From assembly GCF_018977255.1 (NCBI RefSeq), contig NW_024704742.1, positions 70,868,001 to 70,932,000 on the forward strand: 64,000 bases of DNA, written 5' to 3'. The DNA comes from Callorhinchus milii (Eukaryota). Position 1 is the stretch's first letter. Every line of letters begins with the position of its first letter. The position numbers were made by a program, and so were the translations under genes. Positions 1 through 13,489 of the stretch are shown here, in pieces. Under the pieces are notes generated by a model. It searched no databases and was not told the DNA's origin. It saw only the letters and a list, made by a program, of their open reading frames with translations.

Positions 1-809
1 GAAACTTGTTTGTGTACGGAGCCATTATGTCAGGAAACAAGTTATAGAGGAATGAAGGTTGGCAGTTTAATAATGGAGTGTGTTACTCTGCTCTCATCAA
101 GGTCTCGCTTTCTTTTGTTTGGTCAGACGTGTGTCTGTCACACACAGAAACCCTAACTCTCTCCCCCCTTCCCTTGGGACACACTCTGCTTACCTAATTT
201 CGGAAAATATTAGGCGCAGGTTATAATAATAATAATCCTTGCATTTGATATAGCGCCTTATCACATCTTCAAGATGTCTCAAAGCTCTTCACAGAATATA
301 CTGTAAAGTGAATTGACTGTATATTTTTGGTTAGGAAAAGACAAAGCTTGGGGACCCCAGAGTGTGCGTTGGGGTAACTGCTGAAGTCTAACCAGTTAAA
401 ACAGCCATTGATATTACTGTCTGGCAAACTTTCACGCTGCTTGTCCAGCTAGGACCAACCTACCCATTAGGGCTTTCGCTCATAGGGTTAACAGGAGCTG
501 AGTCGTTGGTCTACTCTGGGTCTGAGCTGGCTTCAAGGTGCTTGGCAACAGAATGTCAGAATCAACCCGATATGGCATGCTTGGTAATCCAGCTCTTGAA
601 TTTGTGGGACGTTGCTATGTGCAAATTGGCTGCTGAATTTGCCTACAAATAGACAGTCACTACACTCTACAGTAATTCCTTATGAAACACTGAGACATTT
701 ATTTGGCAGACTCTGTATCAAATGTAAGTATTATATGACAGTTACAACCTGCACCAATAAACCACGTTTCATGAGGGATATAACAACTCAAAACACTTTA
801 CAGAGACAG

Positions 810-1250
810 ACTACTTGACTAAGTGGTAGTGCTCTTGCCTCTGAGTCAGTAGGTTGTGGGTTCAAATCCCACATCGGGACTTGGAATCACATCATCAAAG
901 GTGACACTCAATGCAGTGCTGGGGGGGTGTTGCATTGTCGGAGGTGCCGTACTTCAGATGAGACGTTAAACTGAGCTTCCGTCTTCCTGTTTAGGTGGAC
1001 GTTAAAGATCCCATGGCACTATTTGAAAAGAGAAGGGAGTTTCTCTCTTTCAGTGTCCTGGCCGACAATCCCCCAAATAAAATTGGTCACTCACTCCATT
1101 GCTGTTTGTGGGACGTTGCTGTGCAAATTGGTTTGCCACAAAATACAGTCACTATACTTCACAGTATATCCTGTAAAGCTCTTTGAGAGAAAAGTCTCAA
1201 CAACATGATAAGGCACTAAATCAAATGCAAGGATTAATACTATTGTTATA
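810..1250 (+). mobile_element. tRNA-derived SINE family B (Deu-domain, SacSINE1/AmnSINE1-like)
   Basis: Head CTCTGAGTCAG..GTGGGTTCAAATCCC; core GGAGGTGCCGT..CAGATGAGACGTTAAA..GTTAAAGATCCCATGGCACTATTTGAA; same 3' body and tail as family A. Confidence 0.8.
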
Positions 1251-3512
1251 ATATCCTGTAAAGCACCTTGAGATGCCCCCGTGACATGAAACGCACGTAT
1301 TAAATATATAGATTATTATTACTATAATCATTATTGCCAATGCTTTGGAACGTCAGCCTTAGACTGTGTGAACTGGTGGCTTGAACCCACAACCTTCTGA
1401 CCCAGCGTGGAGAGTGCGACAGCCAGACGGACTGACTGAGCCAGTCTGGCCCACGAATGTATTAATTCCCAGTGTTGCTTCCACCTCCGCCCCCCCAAAA
1501 AAACACACAGCCCCCTCTCCTTCCCCTATATCCAATTATATAAGACATTTTGGCTTCATTCAGATGCACTATTCTCTGAGGATTAGAAAGTACACCGGGT
1601 TAATCAATCTTCGCAAACGCTGGTAACATTCCCTCGACTAATGTCTCACTGCAAAGCCATAAATTATTAACACAAAGTGCTTCTCTACACATCCCTCCAA
1701 TGACTGCCTGTCTGCTCTGAGATTGTCCAGAACATCATATAATGACAGCATTTTTTAAAAGAAAACTCCAACCCCTCCTCCTTAATAATTACTTTGCCTG
1801 GGGGAGTTTGTGCATGTGTGTGTTGGAGTGGGGGTGGGGGGGGGGGGGGGACTGTGTTTCACACAGCCGGTACTCCCAGCCCCCACTGCCTGCCGCGTCC
1901 TTCATCATGTTCTTTATACAATTTGTTTATTGCTTATTGCTCTTGCGGAGTTTGTGCGTCTGTGTTTTTTTAATGTATTTTTGTATGTGTATGCTACACA
2001 TCCTTGCTTTTGATACAGAGCCTCATTACGTCTTCGAGATGTCTCAAAGCACTTCACAGAATATACATTAAATTGAATTGACTGTAAATTTTGTGGGTGA
2101 AATACGGTAACTGATTGCGCACAGCAGTGTCCCACAAACATTTGTGAATTGAGTGACCACATTTTTTTAAGGGATTATTACCCCAGAAAGCAATCCACCA
2201 AATGACCGGGTTCCTACTTACTGCTAGGTAAACAGAGGTTATCTCGCTTGTGAGGCGAGTTCTTATTGTGTGTTTTATATGTTTATTTGGGTGTGTATTT
2301 TGTGCATGGATTATTGTGTAATTGTGTACATTTTGTGTTGTTTGCATGTGTGTATTTTGTGTTTTTTTGTTGTATATTTTTTGAGTGTGTATCTTGTGTG
2401 TGTCTTTGTATTTGAGTGTGTGTTATACCTGTGTATTTGTTCTGGAGGGAGAAAGAGGAGAGGCACATGTGGGAAGGAAAAACAGAGGCACTTGCAGTCA
2501 ATCCCTCCCCAGTTCCCTTTCAGGCTAACCTGCAGGACACTCAGGGACTGAGCGGAGCTGCTGGGTTCAAATTCAACTAACCTGGATTTGTTTCATATCC
2601 TAGATTTTTTTAAATAATAATAATAATCCTTGCATTTGATATAGCGTCTTGTCACTTTGTTGAGACGTTTCAAGGCGTTTCCCTGAATATACTGTAAAGT
2701 GAATTGACTGTGTATTTTGTGGAAAAAACGCAGCAACCAATTGCGCACAGCAGTGTCCCACAAACAGTGGTGGATTGAGAGACCAGATTTTTTTGTGTGT
2801 GTGGATTTTTGTACACTTGTGTGAATGTGTGTATATTTGTCTGTATTTTTCTGTGTGTATGTGTGTGTGTGGATTTGTCTATTTGTGTATTTGTGTGCAA
2901 CAACAAACCAACAAACAGTGAAATACAAAGGCAAATAACTTCCAAATAATATGTAGGAATCCGGTTGTTAGTTGATTAGCAGATTGCTTTTCCCGGGAGC
3001 AATATCCATTCAAAAAAAAAAAAATTTGGTCACTCAATCCACGACTGTTTGTGGGACAGGGCTGTGTGCAATCGGCTGCTGTGTTTCACCTACAAAATAC
3101 ACAGTCAATCTACTTTACAGTATATTCTGTGAAGCACTTTGAGATGTCTCAAAGATGTGATAAGGCACTATGTCAAATGCAAGGATTATTATTATTATAA
3201 TATAAATTTCGATACCTGCATTGTTCCCAAAACACTTTTCTATTTAAAACTGAAAAAAAAGCCCTTCGTATATTCCAAATCGATCTCTTTTGCTCCGTGA
3301 CCTGAGCCGCTTTTAAATAAAGCAAATTAGTTTGTGCATTAACTTTGCTCTTCCACCCCCCATCCTTCGTTTAAAAAAAATGAATTTTTTGTTACCTAGA
3401 AATCGTTTTATAACTTCCAAATTCTAATAATAATTCTTCCATTTGATATAGTGCCTTATCACATTGTTGGAACATCTCAAAGCAACCAATTTACCACAGT
3501 GGGAATGACCTA

Positions 3513-3676
3513 CAGTAAACTGATGATAACTGTCACAGAAAATGGCTCAGTAAGTAAAAGTGGTGAGTTAGGCATATGTATAAATACATAAATAAATGCA
3601 GCCGGAATACTGACAGCATGATGACTTAAGTGGTAGTGACAAGCTAAGCCAGGATCGAGTTAACAAGAATTTACTG
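3513..3676. mobile_element. 164-bp MITE, internal-deletion relative of the 51089-52031 element
   Basis: TA|CAGTAAACT..GATAAC and GAATTTACTG|TA ends; internal TGAGTTAGGCATA, GCAGCCG, CTTAAGTGGTA and TAAGCCAGG are shared with the longer copy. Confidence 0.72.
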
Positions 3677-4343
3677 TATTTTATTTGGGGATCAAAATAA
3701 TAATTCCCTGCACCTTATCACGTCATTGAAACATTTCAAAGCACTTCACAGGATATATTGTAAAGTGTACATATATGTACACCAGCAGCCAAATGCGCAC
3801 AGCAGTGTCCCATAAGCAGTCATGGATTGCCTGATCACATTATTATTATTTTTGAAGGGCCTCTGAAAAATGATCTATGAATCGACGAACAACTGGTTCC
3901 TACTTACTGCTAGGTAAACAGAGGTATGTAGTTTAAGGAAACTTGCCTAAGGTTTCACCCTGCCTGGGAATCGAACCCGGGTCTTCTCACTTGTGAGGCG
4001 AGTGCTCTAACCACTGGTCTCCACAGCTCCACATGTAACTAGGGATTAATGTTGGTGAGGTGCATTTGAAAATATTGTACATTTTTATTTTTTTTACAAA
4101 AAATATAAACTGCGATACAGAGCCTGATATCAGCACTGATCGGGAGCTCAGTCAGGCAAGTAAGATACAAATTAAATGTAGTCACCAAAAACATATCTTC
4201 AGTGAGTAACTGCCAACACTTCTCTTTTTCTCTGATGTTTCCTTTCTCTCCCTCTCTCTCTATCTCTTTGTCTCTGCATAAAACGCATGATTTTTCTCTC
4301 TGCCTCACAGTCTCACAGTCAGTCTCTGACTTTATAAAAATTA

Positions 4344-4673
4344 ATAATAATCCTTGCATTTGATAGAGCGCTTTTCACGTCTTCTAGATGTCTCAAAGCG
4401 CTTCACAGATTATACTGTAAAGTGTAGTGACTGTATATTTGTGGGTGAAACACGGCAGCCAATTGCGTACAGCAGTGTCCCACAAACAGTCGTGGATTGA
4501 GTGACCAAATTATTATTATTTATCTATTATTGTTTTCCTATTTCTTTCTCTTGAGGGGTTATTATCAGGTTTCTGGAGTAAGGAAACTTGCCCAAGGTTT
4601 CGTCCTGCCGGGAATCGAACCCAGGTCTCTCGCTTGCAAGGCGAGTGCTCTAACCACTGAGCTACAGGACTCC
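4344..4673 (-). mobile_element. SINE family A, short subfamily
   Basis: Reverse complement of the family A pattern. Confidence 0.9.
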
Positions 4674-5824
4674 AGAATATCTCTCTCAATATCCCACAAG
4701 TCCATAAAGAACTCCTTTATCATTCTCCCTGTTACCGCCCCCACCCACACACCACCCCCACTCCCCCCACCCCTCTCTCGCTTAGTCTTTTTCACTCTCT
4801 TTCTCCAATTCTTTTTCACTCACTCTCTCTCTTTCTCACACAGTTTCTTTCCCTCTCTGAGTGTTCCTTTCTCTCATTCTCTCTTTCTCACCTGCAGTGT
4901 ATGTAAAATGCACACTTGATATATATCAACATAAACATACACATATGTTCATATCTGTATATGTCCATCTATACATATGTGTTCATATATGTATATATGT
5001 GTGTATAATCTGTGTGTGTATATGTGTGTGTTCATCTCAGTGCATATCTATTTGTGTGTCTGATTATGTATGTCTATGTCTATACCTATGTGTGTATAGT
5101 TGTGTGTGTGTGTGTATGTGTGTGCGTATATGTGTGTGTATATCTATGTGTACGTGTGTTTTCTTTACCCATTACTAGTGTGTTTACAGTAGCCTGCCTA
5201 TGACATGGGCAGTGAGCTCACTGGTGTGTGTGTTTAAAGTGTTTGATTGATGTAAGAAGGCGCCATGTTATTCTCCCAGTCATGTCCTGAGGCCGAAAGA
5301 TAGAGATAGAGAGGAAGAAAGGGAGCTGTAACAGGAGCAATGTAATCCAACCCTGGCACAGAGGGTCCCAAACCCCCCCACAGACGCCTGCGAGCTCCCC
5401 TGAGAGAGCACAGATGAGAGTGATGATGGGATGTGAACGTCTCTAATAATGTTACAGAGGAGGCTTGTTAATTGGAAGACAAAGGTGGAAACTCCATTAT
5501 CCATGTATCACATCAGCGCTGCCAGGCAGAGCAGATTACAAGTGACTAATGCAGAGGGCAGTTCATTCATCCATAGCCCCATTGACTGCTGTGTTAGTGC
5601 AGATTAACATTTTATTACAAGGTACACAGGCACATATCTAATTTGGCAGCTCCTAACTGCGTCTAATTTTATGTCATTTGCACCAGTCATTATATAAATA
5701 ATAGCAGGTAGTCACAAACACTTCACATGGTAATATTATACTCAGTAACGCACAGTGTGTTATTATATAATATACAGTGTTATAGCCAGTAACACACACT
5801 GTTATTGTATAAAATACAGAGTTA

Positions 5825-6205
5825 TAATAATATAATAATCCTTGCAATTGATATAGCGCCTTATCACATCTTCGAGACATCTTAAAGCGCTTCACAGAAT
5901 ATACTATAAAGTTAATTCACTGTAGATTTTGTGGACGAAACATGGCAGCCAATTGCGCACAGCAGTGTCCCACAAACAGTCGTGAATTGAGTGACCAAAT
6001 TATTATTATTTTTTTCTTTTAAGGGATTATTACCCCTGGAAAAGCGATCCGCCAATCGACTAACAACTGGGTTCCTACTTACTGCTAGGTAAACAGAGGC
6101 GTGTACGGTAAGAAAAGTTACCTAACGTTTTGCCTTGCCCGGGAATCAAACCCAGGTCTTCTCGCTTGCAAGGCTGGTGCTCTAACCAATACGCTACAGG
6201 ACACC
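5825..6205 (-). mobile_element. SINE family A, long subfamily
   Basis: Contains the extra central block CTGTTTACCTAGCAGTAAGTAGGAACCC..GATTGGCGGATCGC on the minus strand. Confidence 0.88.
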
Positions 6206-6769
6206 ATATAGCCAGTAAACCACAGTGTGTTATTATCTAATACACAGTGTTATAGCGAATATCATACAGCATGTTATTATACAATATAAACAGAAGCATT
6301 AGAACTGTATGATAATACATATTTAAAAAAACTCCCTATCTGTGCCTGTTAAGGTAATTCTGTGACACTATTTGGGAAAACAGATGGGAGTTTCTCTCTC
6401 CTGGTTGTCCTGGTCAACAATGCCTGGATAAAATGGATTCCTCACTTCATGACTGTTTGCAGAAAATTGTTGTGTGCAAATTGGTGGCCTCATTTGCCTG
6501 AAAAAAATACACCGTCACTACACTTTACAGCAAATGTTGTACAGTGCTTTGAGCGTTTTGGAATCTATGGCATCTGATAAGAAATGTTGATGTTGGAATA
6601 AGTGTGCGGAGACTGTAAATTTTGGATGACACACTGAGGATTATGGTTGCAGTGGTAAACCTGAGATTCGGTTTCAATACTAAACTGTCTTTAGTATTGT
6701 CACAATGTAAACTGTTACGTCAGTCAAAGGCAGACAATCACAGCTAATCGTTACCTTAAAGACCTCTGT

Positions 6770-7027
6770 TCCACCATCAGCGGCCGTGCATTCAGTCACT
6801 AAGCCCTGAAACGTTGGAACTCCCTCCCTCAACCCCTTTGCCTCACCCCCTCCTTCCCCATCTTCAGGTTGCGCCTGAAGACTTTCCTTTTCGACTGCAC
6901 CAATGGTCAACTTCCCCCTCACCCCAGGCTCGGCCTTTGGCTCCACCATTGCTAAGCGCTCTAAGACGCCGCCCAGCGTGGAGGGCGCTGTACAAGTGCA
7001 AGTTGTTATTGTTGTTGCTGTTGTTGA
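6770..7027 (+). mobile_element. Short L2 3'-end fragment
   Basis: TGGAACTCCCTCCC..CTGAAGACTTTCCTTTTCGAC.., then a tail GGCGCTGTACAAGTGCAAG followed by TTG repeats. Confidence 0.7.
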
Positions 7028-7114
7028 GACTGCAAGCTTCACTGCAAACCATTTAGAAATTACTTCTACCAGGTGATTTAAACAGTAATATAATAATAAT
7101 TATTAATAATAACT

Positions 7115-7520
7115 ATAAAGGACCAAATAGATTGTACATGGAGTATTGTTGATGTTACTTTCCCAAATGATTACAATGTGAAAAATAAGGTACTAGAGAA
7201 GATCAGGAAATATATCAATCTCCAAATTGAATGCTGATGCATGTGGCAATGTAAAACACACATGGTTCCTATAATCATTGGTGCAACTAGGCCTGTTAAT
7301 AATACTATTCAGAAATGGCTTGACAATATATCTGCTGAACAAAATATTAATCTCCTACAAACAATAGCTATTTTAGGAAGTTCAGACTTATTGAGTAAGT
7401 TGACATCCATTAATATGTAACGTGGCAGTGTTATTGGGTTGGGTGACCATCCCTGAAAACCACTTGAACACTACCTCAACAGTGTGATTTAAATTGTAAT
7501 AACATAAAAATAATAACATT
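7115..7520 (+). mobile_element. Restriction-like-endonuclease non-LTR retrotransposon 3' fragment (R4/Dong/Rex6-like)
   Basis: Reading from 7145: IVDVTFPNDYNVKNKVLEKIRKYINLQIEC*CMWQCKTHMVPIIIGATRPV..LLQTIAILGSSDLL, stop at 7418-7420. The D..P.D....EK..KY..L..E...W....PIIIGA pattern is typical of the RLE C-terminus. Flanked by TAA repeats. Confidence 0.7.
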
Positions 7521-7899
7521 TATTATTATTATTATAATCCTTGCCTGATTTATGACCATGAGCGGTTATATCATCAACTTCTCAAAGCATTTCACACTGG
7601 TGAGATGTAGTGACTGTGTACTTTGTAGGTGAACACAGCAGCCAATTTGCACACAGCAATGACCTACAAACAGTATGAGGTGAGGTAAGCTGAGGTGTGA
7701 AACTCCCAATAGCGTTGCTGGTTCTTTACTATCTGAGTGAAAGGGCACAGACGGCGACGGCACTTTTGACAATGTAACACTCCTTCCCCGGGACTACACT
7801 GGAGTGTCAGCCTGGACTGTGAGCTAAAAATCCCTGACGTTTGGGGATTGAACCCACAACCTTCAGCCCCAGATGGGAGAGTAAACTAAGCCAGGCTGA

Positions 7900-8170
7900 C
7901 GCTAAGTCAAACACCTTTTGGAAGTCTAGATACACTACATCACGTGGCTTCCCACAGTCAATTTGTGCTCTCACCTGCTCATAAAATAATTGATGAGGTT
8001 TGACAAACAAGACCTAGCCTTCCTGAACCAGTGTTGGCTGTCATATATTAGATTATTTTTATATAGGTAATCTTCCACTTTCTTTAGATTGAATGACTCC
8101 ATCATATTGAGGCCAGAGTAATGTGTCTATACAGTTGCCAGATTTAGTCCTGTCACCTTTCTTCAATATT
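7900..8170 (-). mobile_element. CR1 RT fragment
   Basis: DVVYLDFQKVFD on the minus strand, preceded by a QHWFRK-like segment. Confidence 0.75.
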
Positions 8171-8299
8171 TTTCCAGGGTGGGAAAAACCTTAGGCATGT
8201 TTCCTTACTCCACACGACTCTGTTTGGCTTGTGGTTTCCTTGTTTGCCTGTTTGGCATGTGAGTAACTTTTCTTACTCCACACGCCTCCTTACTCCATA

Positions 8300-10060
8300 C
8301 GCCTCCACACCCCTCCCCGCCTTCTCAATCACCACTCCCTCCCCATCTCCTCCCCACACTCCAATCCCTACCCATTCCTCCACTCCACATCTTCAAACCT
8401 GTCTCCCCCTCCTCTCTCATCACCACCATATCCAACATGAAACACATAATTTGCTCCCTTGATTCCATCCCCACCCCTCCCCTTACCTCCCAGCTCCACC
8501 TCCTCGCTCCGACATCATCAATCTCTCCCTATCATCTGGCACTGTTCCCATCCGCCTAAAAACAGCTATGATCACCTCCATCCTGAAAAAACCTTCCCTG
8601 AACCCATCCCTCCTTTCTAATTACCAGCCCATTTCCAACTTCCCTTTTCTTTACAAGGTCCTTGAAAGAGTCATTGCTTCCCAGCTTTGCTCCTTCCTCT
8701 CCTCTCCTACCATTCCCTTCACAAACCCCTCCAATCAGGTTTCCATGCTGCTCACAGCACGAAACTGCTCTGGTCAAGGTGACAAACAAAATCCTGTCCA
8801 ACTGTGACCAGGGCTCCCTCTGCCTCCTCGTCCTCCTCGACCTCTCTGCCGCCTTCGATAGCGTTGACCACTCCATCCGCCTCCACCGCCTTTCCTCTCA
8901 CCTCAACCTTCAGGGTTCTGTCCTTGAATGGTTCAGATCGTGCCTCTCACACTGTCTCCAATTTGCCTCCGCCAACAGTTTCTGTACCAGCCCCCACACA
9001 GTCTTGTGTGGTGTTCCTCAGGTCTCTGTCCTCGGTCCCCTCCTCTTCAACCTCTACAACCTTGGTGACATCATCCGCAGACTGGGGTCAACTTCCACAT
9101 GTATGCGGATGACTCCCAACTCTACTCTCTGCCTCCACGCTCGATTCCAGGAACACTGCTGTCCTGACAGAATGTCTATCTGATGTCAAGTCAGATGAGC
9201 CAACTTTCTATAGCTGAATAGAAGCAAGACCGAGGCCCTCCTGATTGGCTCGCACCAGCGCCTCCGCACCTCAGGCACTGGCAGCATCAGCATCCACGGA
9301 TGCACAATCCACCTCACCAAACCAGTCAGGAATCTGGGTATCTTGTTCAACTCTCAACTGTCCATTCTCCCCCAGATCCATGCCATGACCTGCTCTGCCT
9401 TCCCCTACCTCCGCAACATTGGCGACTCCGCCACTGTCTCACCCCTCAGGCCACCAACACTCTCATACACACATTCGTCACCTCAAGGCTCGACTATGGA
9501 AATTCCCTCCTTGTCAGCCTCTCCAACTCTTCCCTCCACAAGTTGCAGATCATCCAGAACTCTGTAGCTCGTGTTCTCTCCTGCACCAGGCTCTGTGACC
9601 CCATCACCCCCACCCTCGCCTGGTTCCACTGGCTCCCCATCCATCAGAGAATAGAATTCAAAACCCTCTTCCTCACTTTCAAGGCTCTCCATGGCCTTGC
9701 CCCCTCTTACCTCTTTGACCTGCATACAAGTGTCCGCTCCCTCCGCTCAGCAGGCTCCGGCCTGCTCCATGTCTCCCGCCTGACCTACCCTTCCATCGTC
9801 AGCCGGGCTTTCAGACTCTCTGCCCCCACGCTTTAGAACTCCATCCCACAATCCCTTCACCTTGTTCCCTCCCTTGCCTCCTTCAAGGCATGTCTCAAGA
9901 CCTTCCTTTTCAACTGTGCCTTCAGCCACCCTTCTACCTCTCTGCCCTGCCTCATCCCAACCCTGCCCCCCCACGCTCAGGTCCTGTTCCCTGACTGTTC
10001 AGTGCCTTGGGATGTCCTCCTGACCTGAAAGGCTCTTTACAAATGTATTTTTTTTGTTGG
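8300..10060 (+). mobile_element. L2-clade LINE, 5'-truncated and degenerate (RT plus 3' tail)
   Basis: Frameshifted ORF2 pieces [59 protein letters not shown] and HWLPIHQRIEFK; tail GCCTTGGGATGTCCTCCTGACCTGAAAGG. Confidence 0.9.
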
Positions 10061-12621
10061 TGTTTGTGATTTACCTGGCAGTAAATAGGAACCCAGTTAT
10101 CAGTTGATTGGTGGATTGCTTTCCGGGGGTAATAATCCCTCCAAAAAAAACATGTGGTCACTCAATGAAAAACTGTCGGACACTGCTGGGGCTGCTGCAT
10201 TTCGCCCACAGAATACACAGTCACTCCACTTTACAATATATCCTGTGAAGCGCTTTGAGACTCTCAACAATGTGATAAGGCGTTATATCAAATGCAAGGA
10301 TTATTATTATTACAATGCCTCTCAGAGTCAGCTGCTCACATTTTTGCTCTTGCCTACAATCTACCCCAAAGTCCCCCCACCTCTCCTTCCATCCACTCCC
10401 TCAGCCGCTCAGCACCACCCAGAGCAGAAGCACTGTAACAAATTGTAATTAGCCTCGCTGGCTGGTGTCATTAACCTGGCAGATCCTAGCCTGGGGTGGG
10501 CTGTTCATCACTAACTTTGCCAGCAGATTGCACAGAACAGGAGCTGAGCGGAGCGGTCAGGTCTGGGCTAAAAAGGCCCTAATATTATTAAGCAGCTTTT
10601 TGTTTGAGATTCAAATTGGTTGTGATTTGCTGTGCTTGGCAGAAGAGGACGGAGGCGGGGGTGGTGGGTTTTTTTGGGGGGGTGTGGGGGCAGGCACTGG
10701 GAGGGGGGTTGGGGAAAGGGCTTGTAATAAGATTAATGAACAGGCCTGATGCTAAGTGCTTGCTCACAGTCACAAGGTGGACATTTTTATTACTGATTGC
10801 GGAGCAAGCAAGATAGGTTACTGTTATAGACTCAAACTGAAGGGAATAGAATTATGTGAGCATCATCATTGTAATAATAATATAATAATAATGCTTGCAA
10901 TTGACATAGCACCTTATCATGTCGTTCAGATGGCTCAAAGCTCTTCACAGGATATACTGTAAAGTGGATTGACTATATATTTTGTAGGTGAAACACGACA
11001 GCCAAAGGCACATAGCGGGGTCCCACCAACAGTCGTGGATTTGGGTGCACTTGTTTTTTTAATTTTGGAGGAATTATTACCCTCAGAAAGCAATCCACCA
11101 ATCGACTAAGAATCGGGTTCCTACTTAATGCTAGGTAAACAGAGGCATGTGGAGTAAGGAAACTTGACTAACGTTTCACCCTGCCTGGGAATCAAACAAT
11201 AACAACTTGCATTTATGCAGCGCCCCTTACGTAGGGTGGCGTCCCAGAGCGCTTGAACACAAAATCAAACCCAGGTCCTCCGACTGGCGAGACAAATAAT
11301 CATAATAACCCTTGCATTTGATATCACGCCTTTCACATCGCGGGGACATCTTGAAGCACTTTGCTGTAAAGTGCATTGATGGTGTATTTTTGGGTAAATG
11401 CCACAGCCAATTTTCGTGCAGCAACGTCCCACAAAAAGCCATGAATGATCAATTTTATCTGATTGTCAGCCAGAACTCCCTTTGGTTTTCCAATAGTGCC
11501 ACGGGATCTTTAACCTAAAGAGGCAAAGGTGGGACCTCGGTTTAACCGAAGGACTGCGCCTCCGATATTGCAGCTCCCCCCACCACCCCCGAGTACTGTG
11601 CTGGAGCATCAAATAGGAGCTCAAAGTTCCCAACGCGGGGATTTGAACCACGACCTTCTGACCCCAGAGACGAGACAGTAAGCAGATGAGCCAAAATAAT
11701 AACCCTTGCAGTTAATCAAACCTTTGAGTTGAATGCGGTGACAGGACTTGGAGGCAAATACATTAGCAGCCAATTTGGGCCCAGCGAAGGGATCCTGTAG
11801 GGGAGAGAAATGAAAGAAGCATTGAAACAATATCTTTTCCTGACTTAGTACTAACTCCCTCACTAGACTTCTAAAGCCCTCCACTTTCTTGCTCCTCCCT
11901 ACTACTGCGACTTACTAAAGCATTGCCAACCATCTGCTCCCTCTGCTGAGCGGGCACTGGCCTACACCACATCCCCCGCCATGTCCATTCCACCGTCGGC
12001 AGTCGGACTTTCAGCCTTTCTGCCCTCCCATTCCATCCTGGAGCCCCTCCACTTCACCTCCTTCCTTGCCTCATTTAAGGTCCATTTCAAGACCTTCAAT
12101 TTTGATCGTGCCTTAAGTCATATTCCCTCCTCCATCCTCCTTGCCCTCCACAACTCTTGACTCCAGCCTGCAGCTCGGGTTCAAATAATCCCTTAAAAAA
12201 AAATCGGTCACTCAATCCATGACTGTTTGTAGGACACTGTTCTGCACATTTGGCTGCCATGTTTCGCCCACAAAAATACACACTTTACAATATATTCTGG
12301 GAAGGACTTTGATCGGTCTCAATGAAGTGAAAAGGCACTATATTAAATACAAGGATTAATTATTATTATTATTTCTCTGGCTGTGTGGCTGCTGCAGTTT
12401 GTTTTGATACTCACTGACGCTATAACCTCACGCATTGAGGTTAATGGTGTTATGAAACGCCTGAGCTGTCACTTCTCACAGGTCGTGGTTATTATATTTT
12501 ATCTTGGGATGTTTACATTTGTGAATGTCAGGTGGGTGGAATGGTGTAAAATGGGAAAACAGAGTAGTGGAGAACTGAGGGATGAGGGTTGTTTAGGGCA
12601 TGTCCGTCTATCTGTCTGTCT

Positions 12622-13028
12622 GTCAGCCTGGCTCAGTGGTAACTCTCTCAACTCTGAGTCAGAAGGTTGTGGGTTCAAGCCCCACGTCGGGACTTGGAAT
12701 CACACAGTCTAAGGTGATGCTCCAATGCAGGGCTGGAGCAGTGTTATACTGAGGCCCTGTCTGTTCAAATGGATGTTAAAGATCACGTGGCACTATTGGA
12801 AAAGTGAAGGTAGTTTCTCTCTCCCGATTTCCTGACCGACAATCCCCCAGATAAAAATTGGTCACTCACTTCATGGCTGTTTGATGGACACTCTGTACAC
12901 AACTGGCTGCCGCATTTTACCCACAAAATACAGTCTCAATCTACTTTAGAGTATATCCTGTGAAGCACTTCAAAACATCCCAATGACGCGATAAGCAGCT
13001 ATATCAAATGCAAGGATTATTATTATTG
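12622..13028 (+). mobile_element. SINE family B (Deu-type)
   Basis: GTCAGCCTGGCTCAGTGG head, TTAAAGATC..GGCACT core and tail. Confidence 0.8.
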
Positions 13029-13489
13029 ATCATTCCCCTGCTCTCCCCTGATCCTGTCTGGGCTGGTGCTCAGCAAAGAGCAGGGGATGGGATTAAAGTA
13101 AAGAGCTCTGGTGGGGGAGCGAGTACCAGCACAGACATGATGGGGAGAGAGCAGGGGCATGCGATTAGAGTAGAGAGGGTGGTAGGGAGGAGGAGACCCT
13201 GTATTAGATAGTGAATGTGTTCTCTCTATGTTCATTACAACGTGGGCAGTATTTAAATTAATGTTCAGCATTTTAAATTGAATCAGAGACTGGAGGGGGA
13301 ATTCTCAGCCCTGTAGAGTTGTCAGGAAGCATATTAATTATCGGAGGGGAAGGATAGCATTGAAAGTAATTTCATCTTGGATTGCGATATGATAATCCTG
13401 TGCACTGGTTTCCTTACCTGTTCACTGTGCTTTCAAAGTGTGTGTGCAGAGGGGGAGTCATTTTAACCCACAGTTATCAGGAATTAAAT

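Noticed and set aside
8568..9836. Intact reverse transcriptase gene (also 42227-43740)
   Set aside because: Frameshifted and 5'-truncated; these are dead L2 copies.
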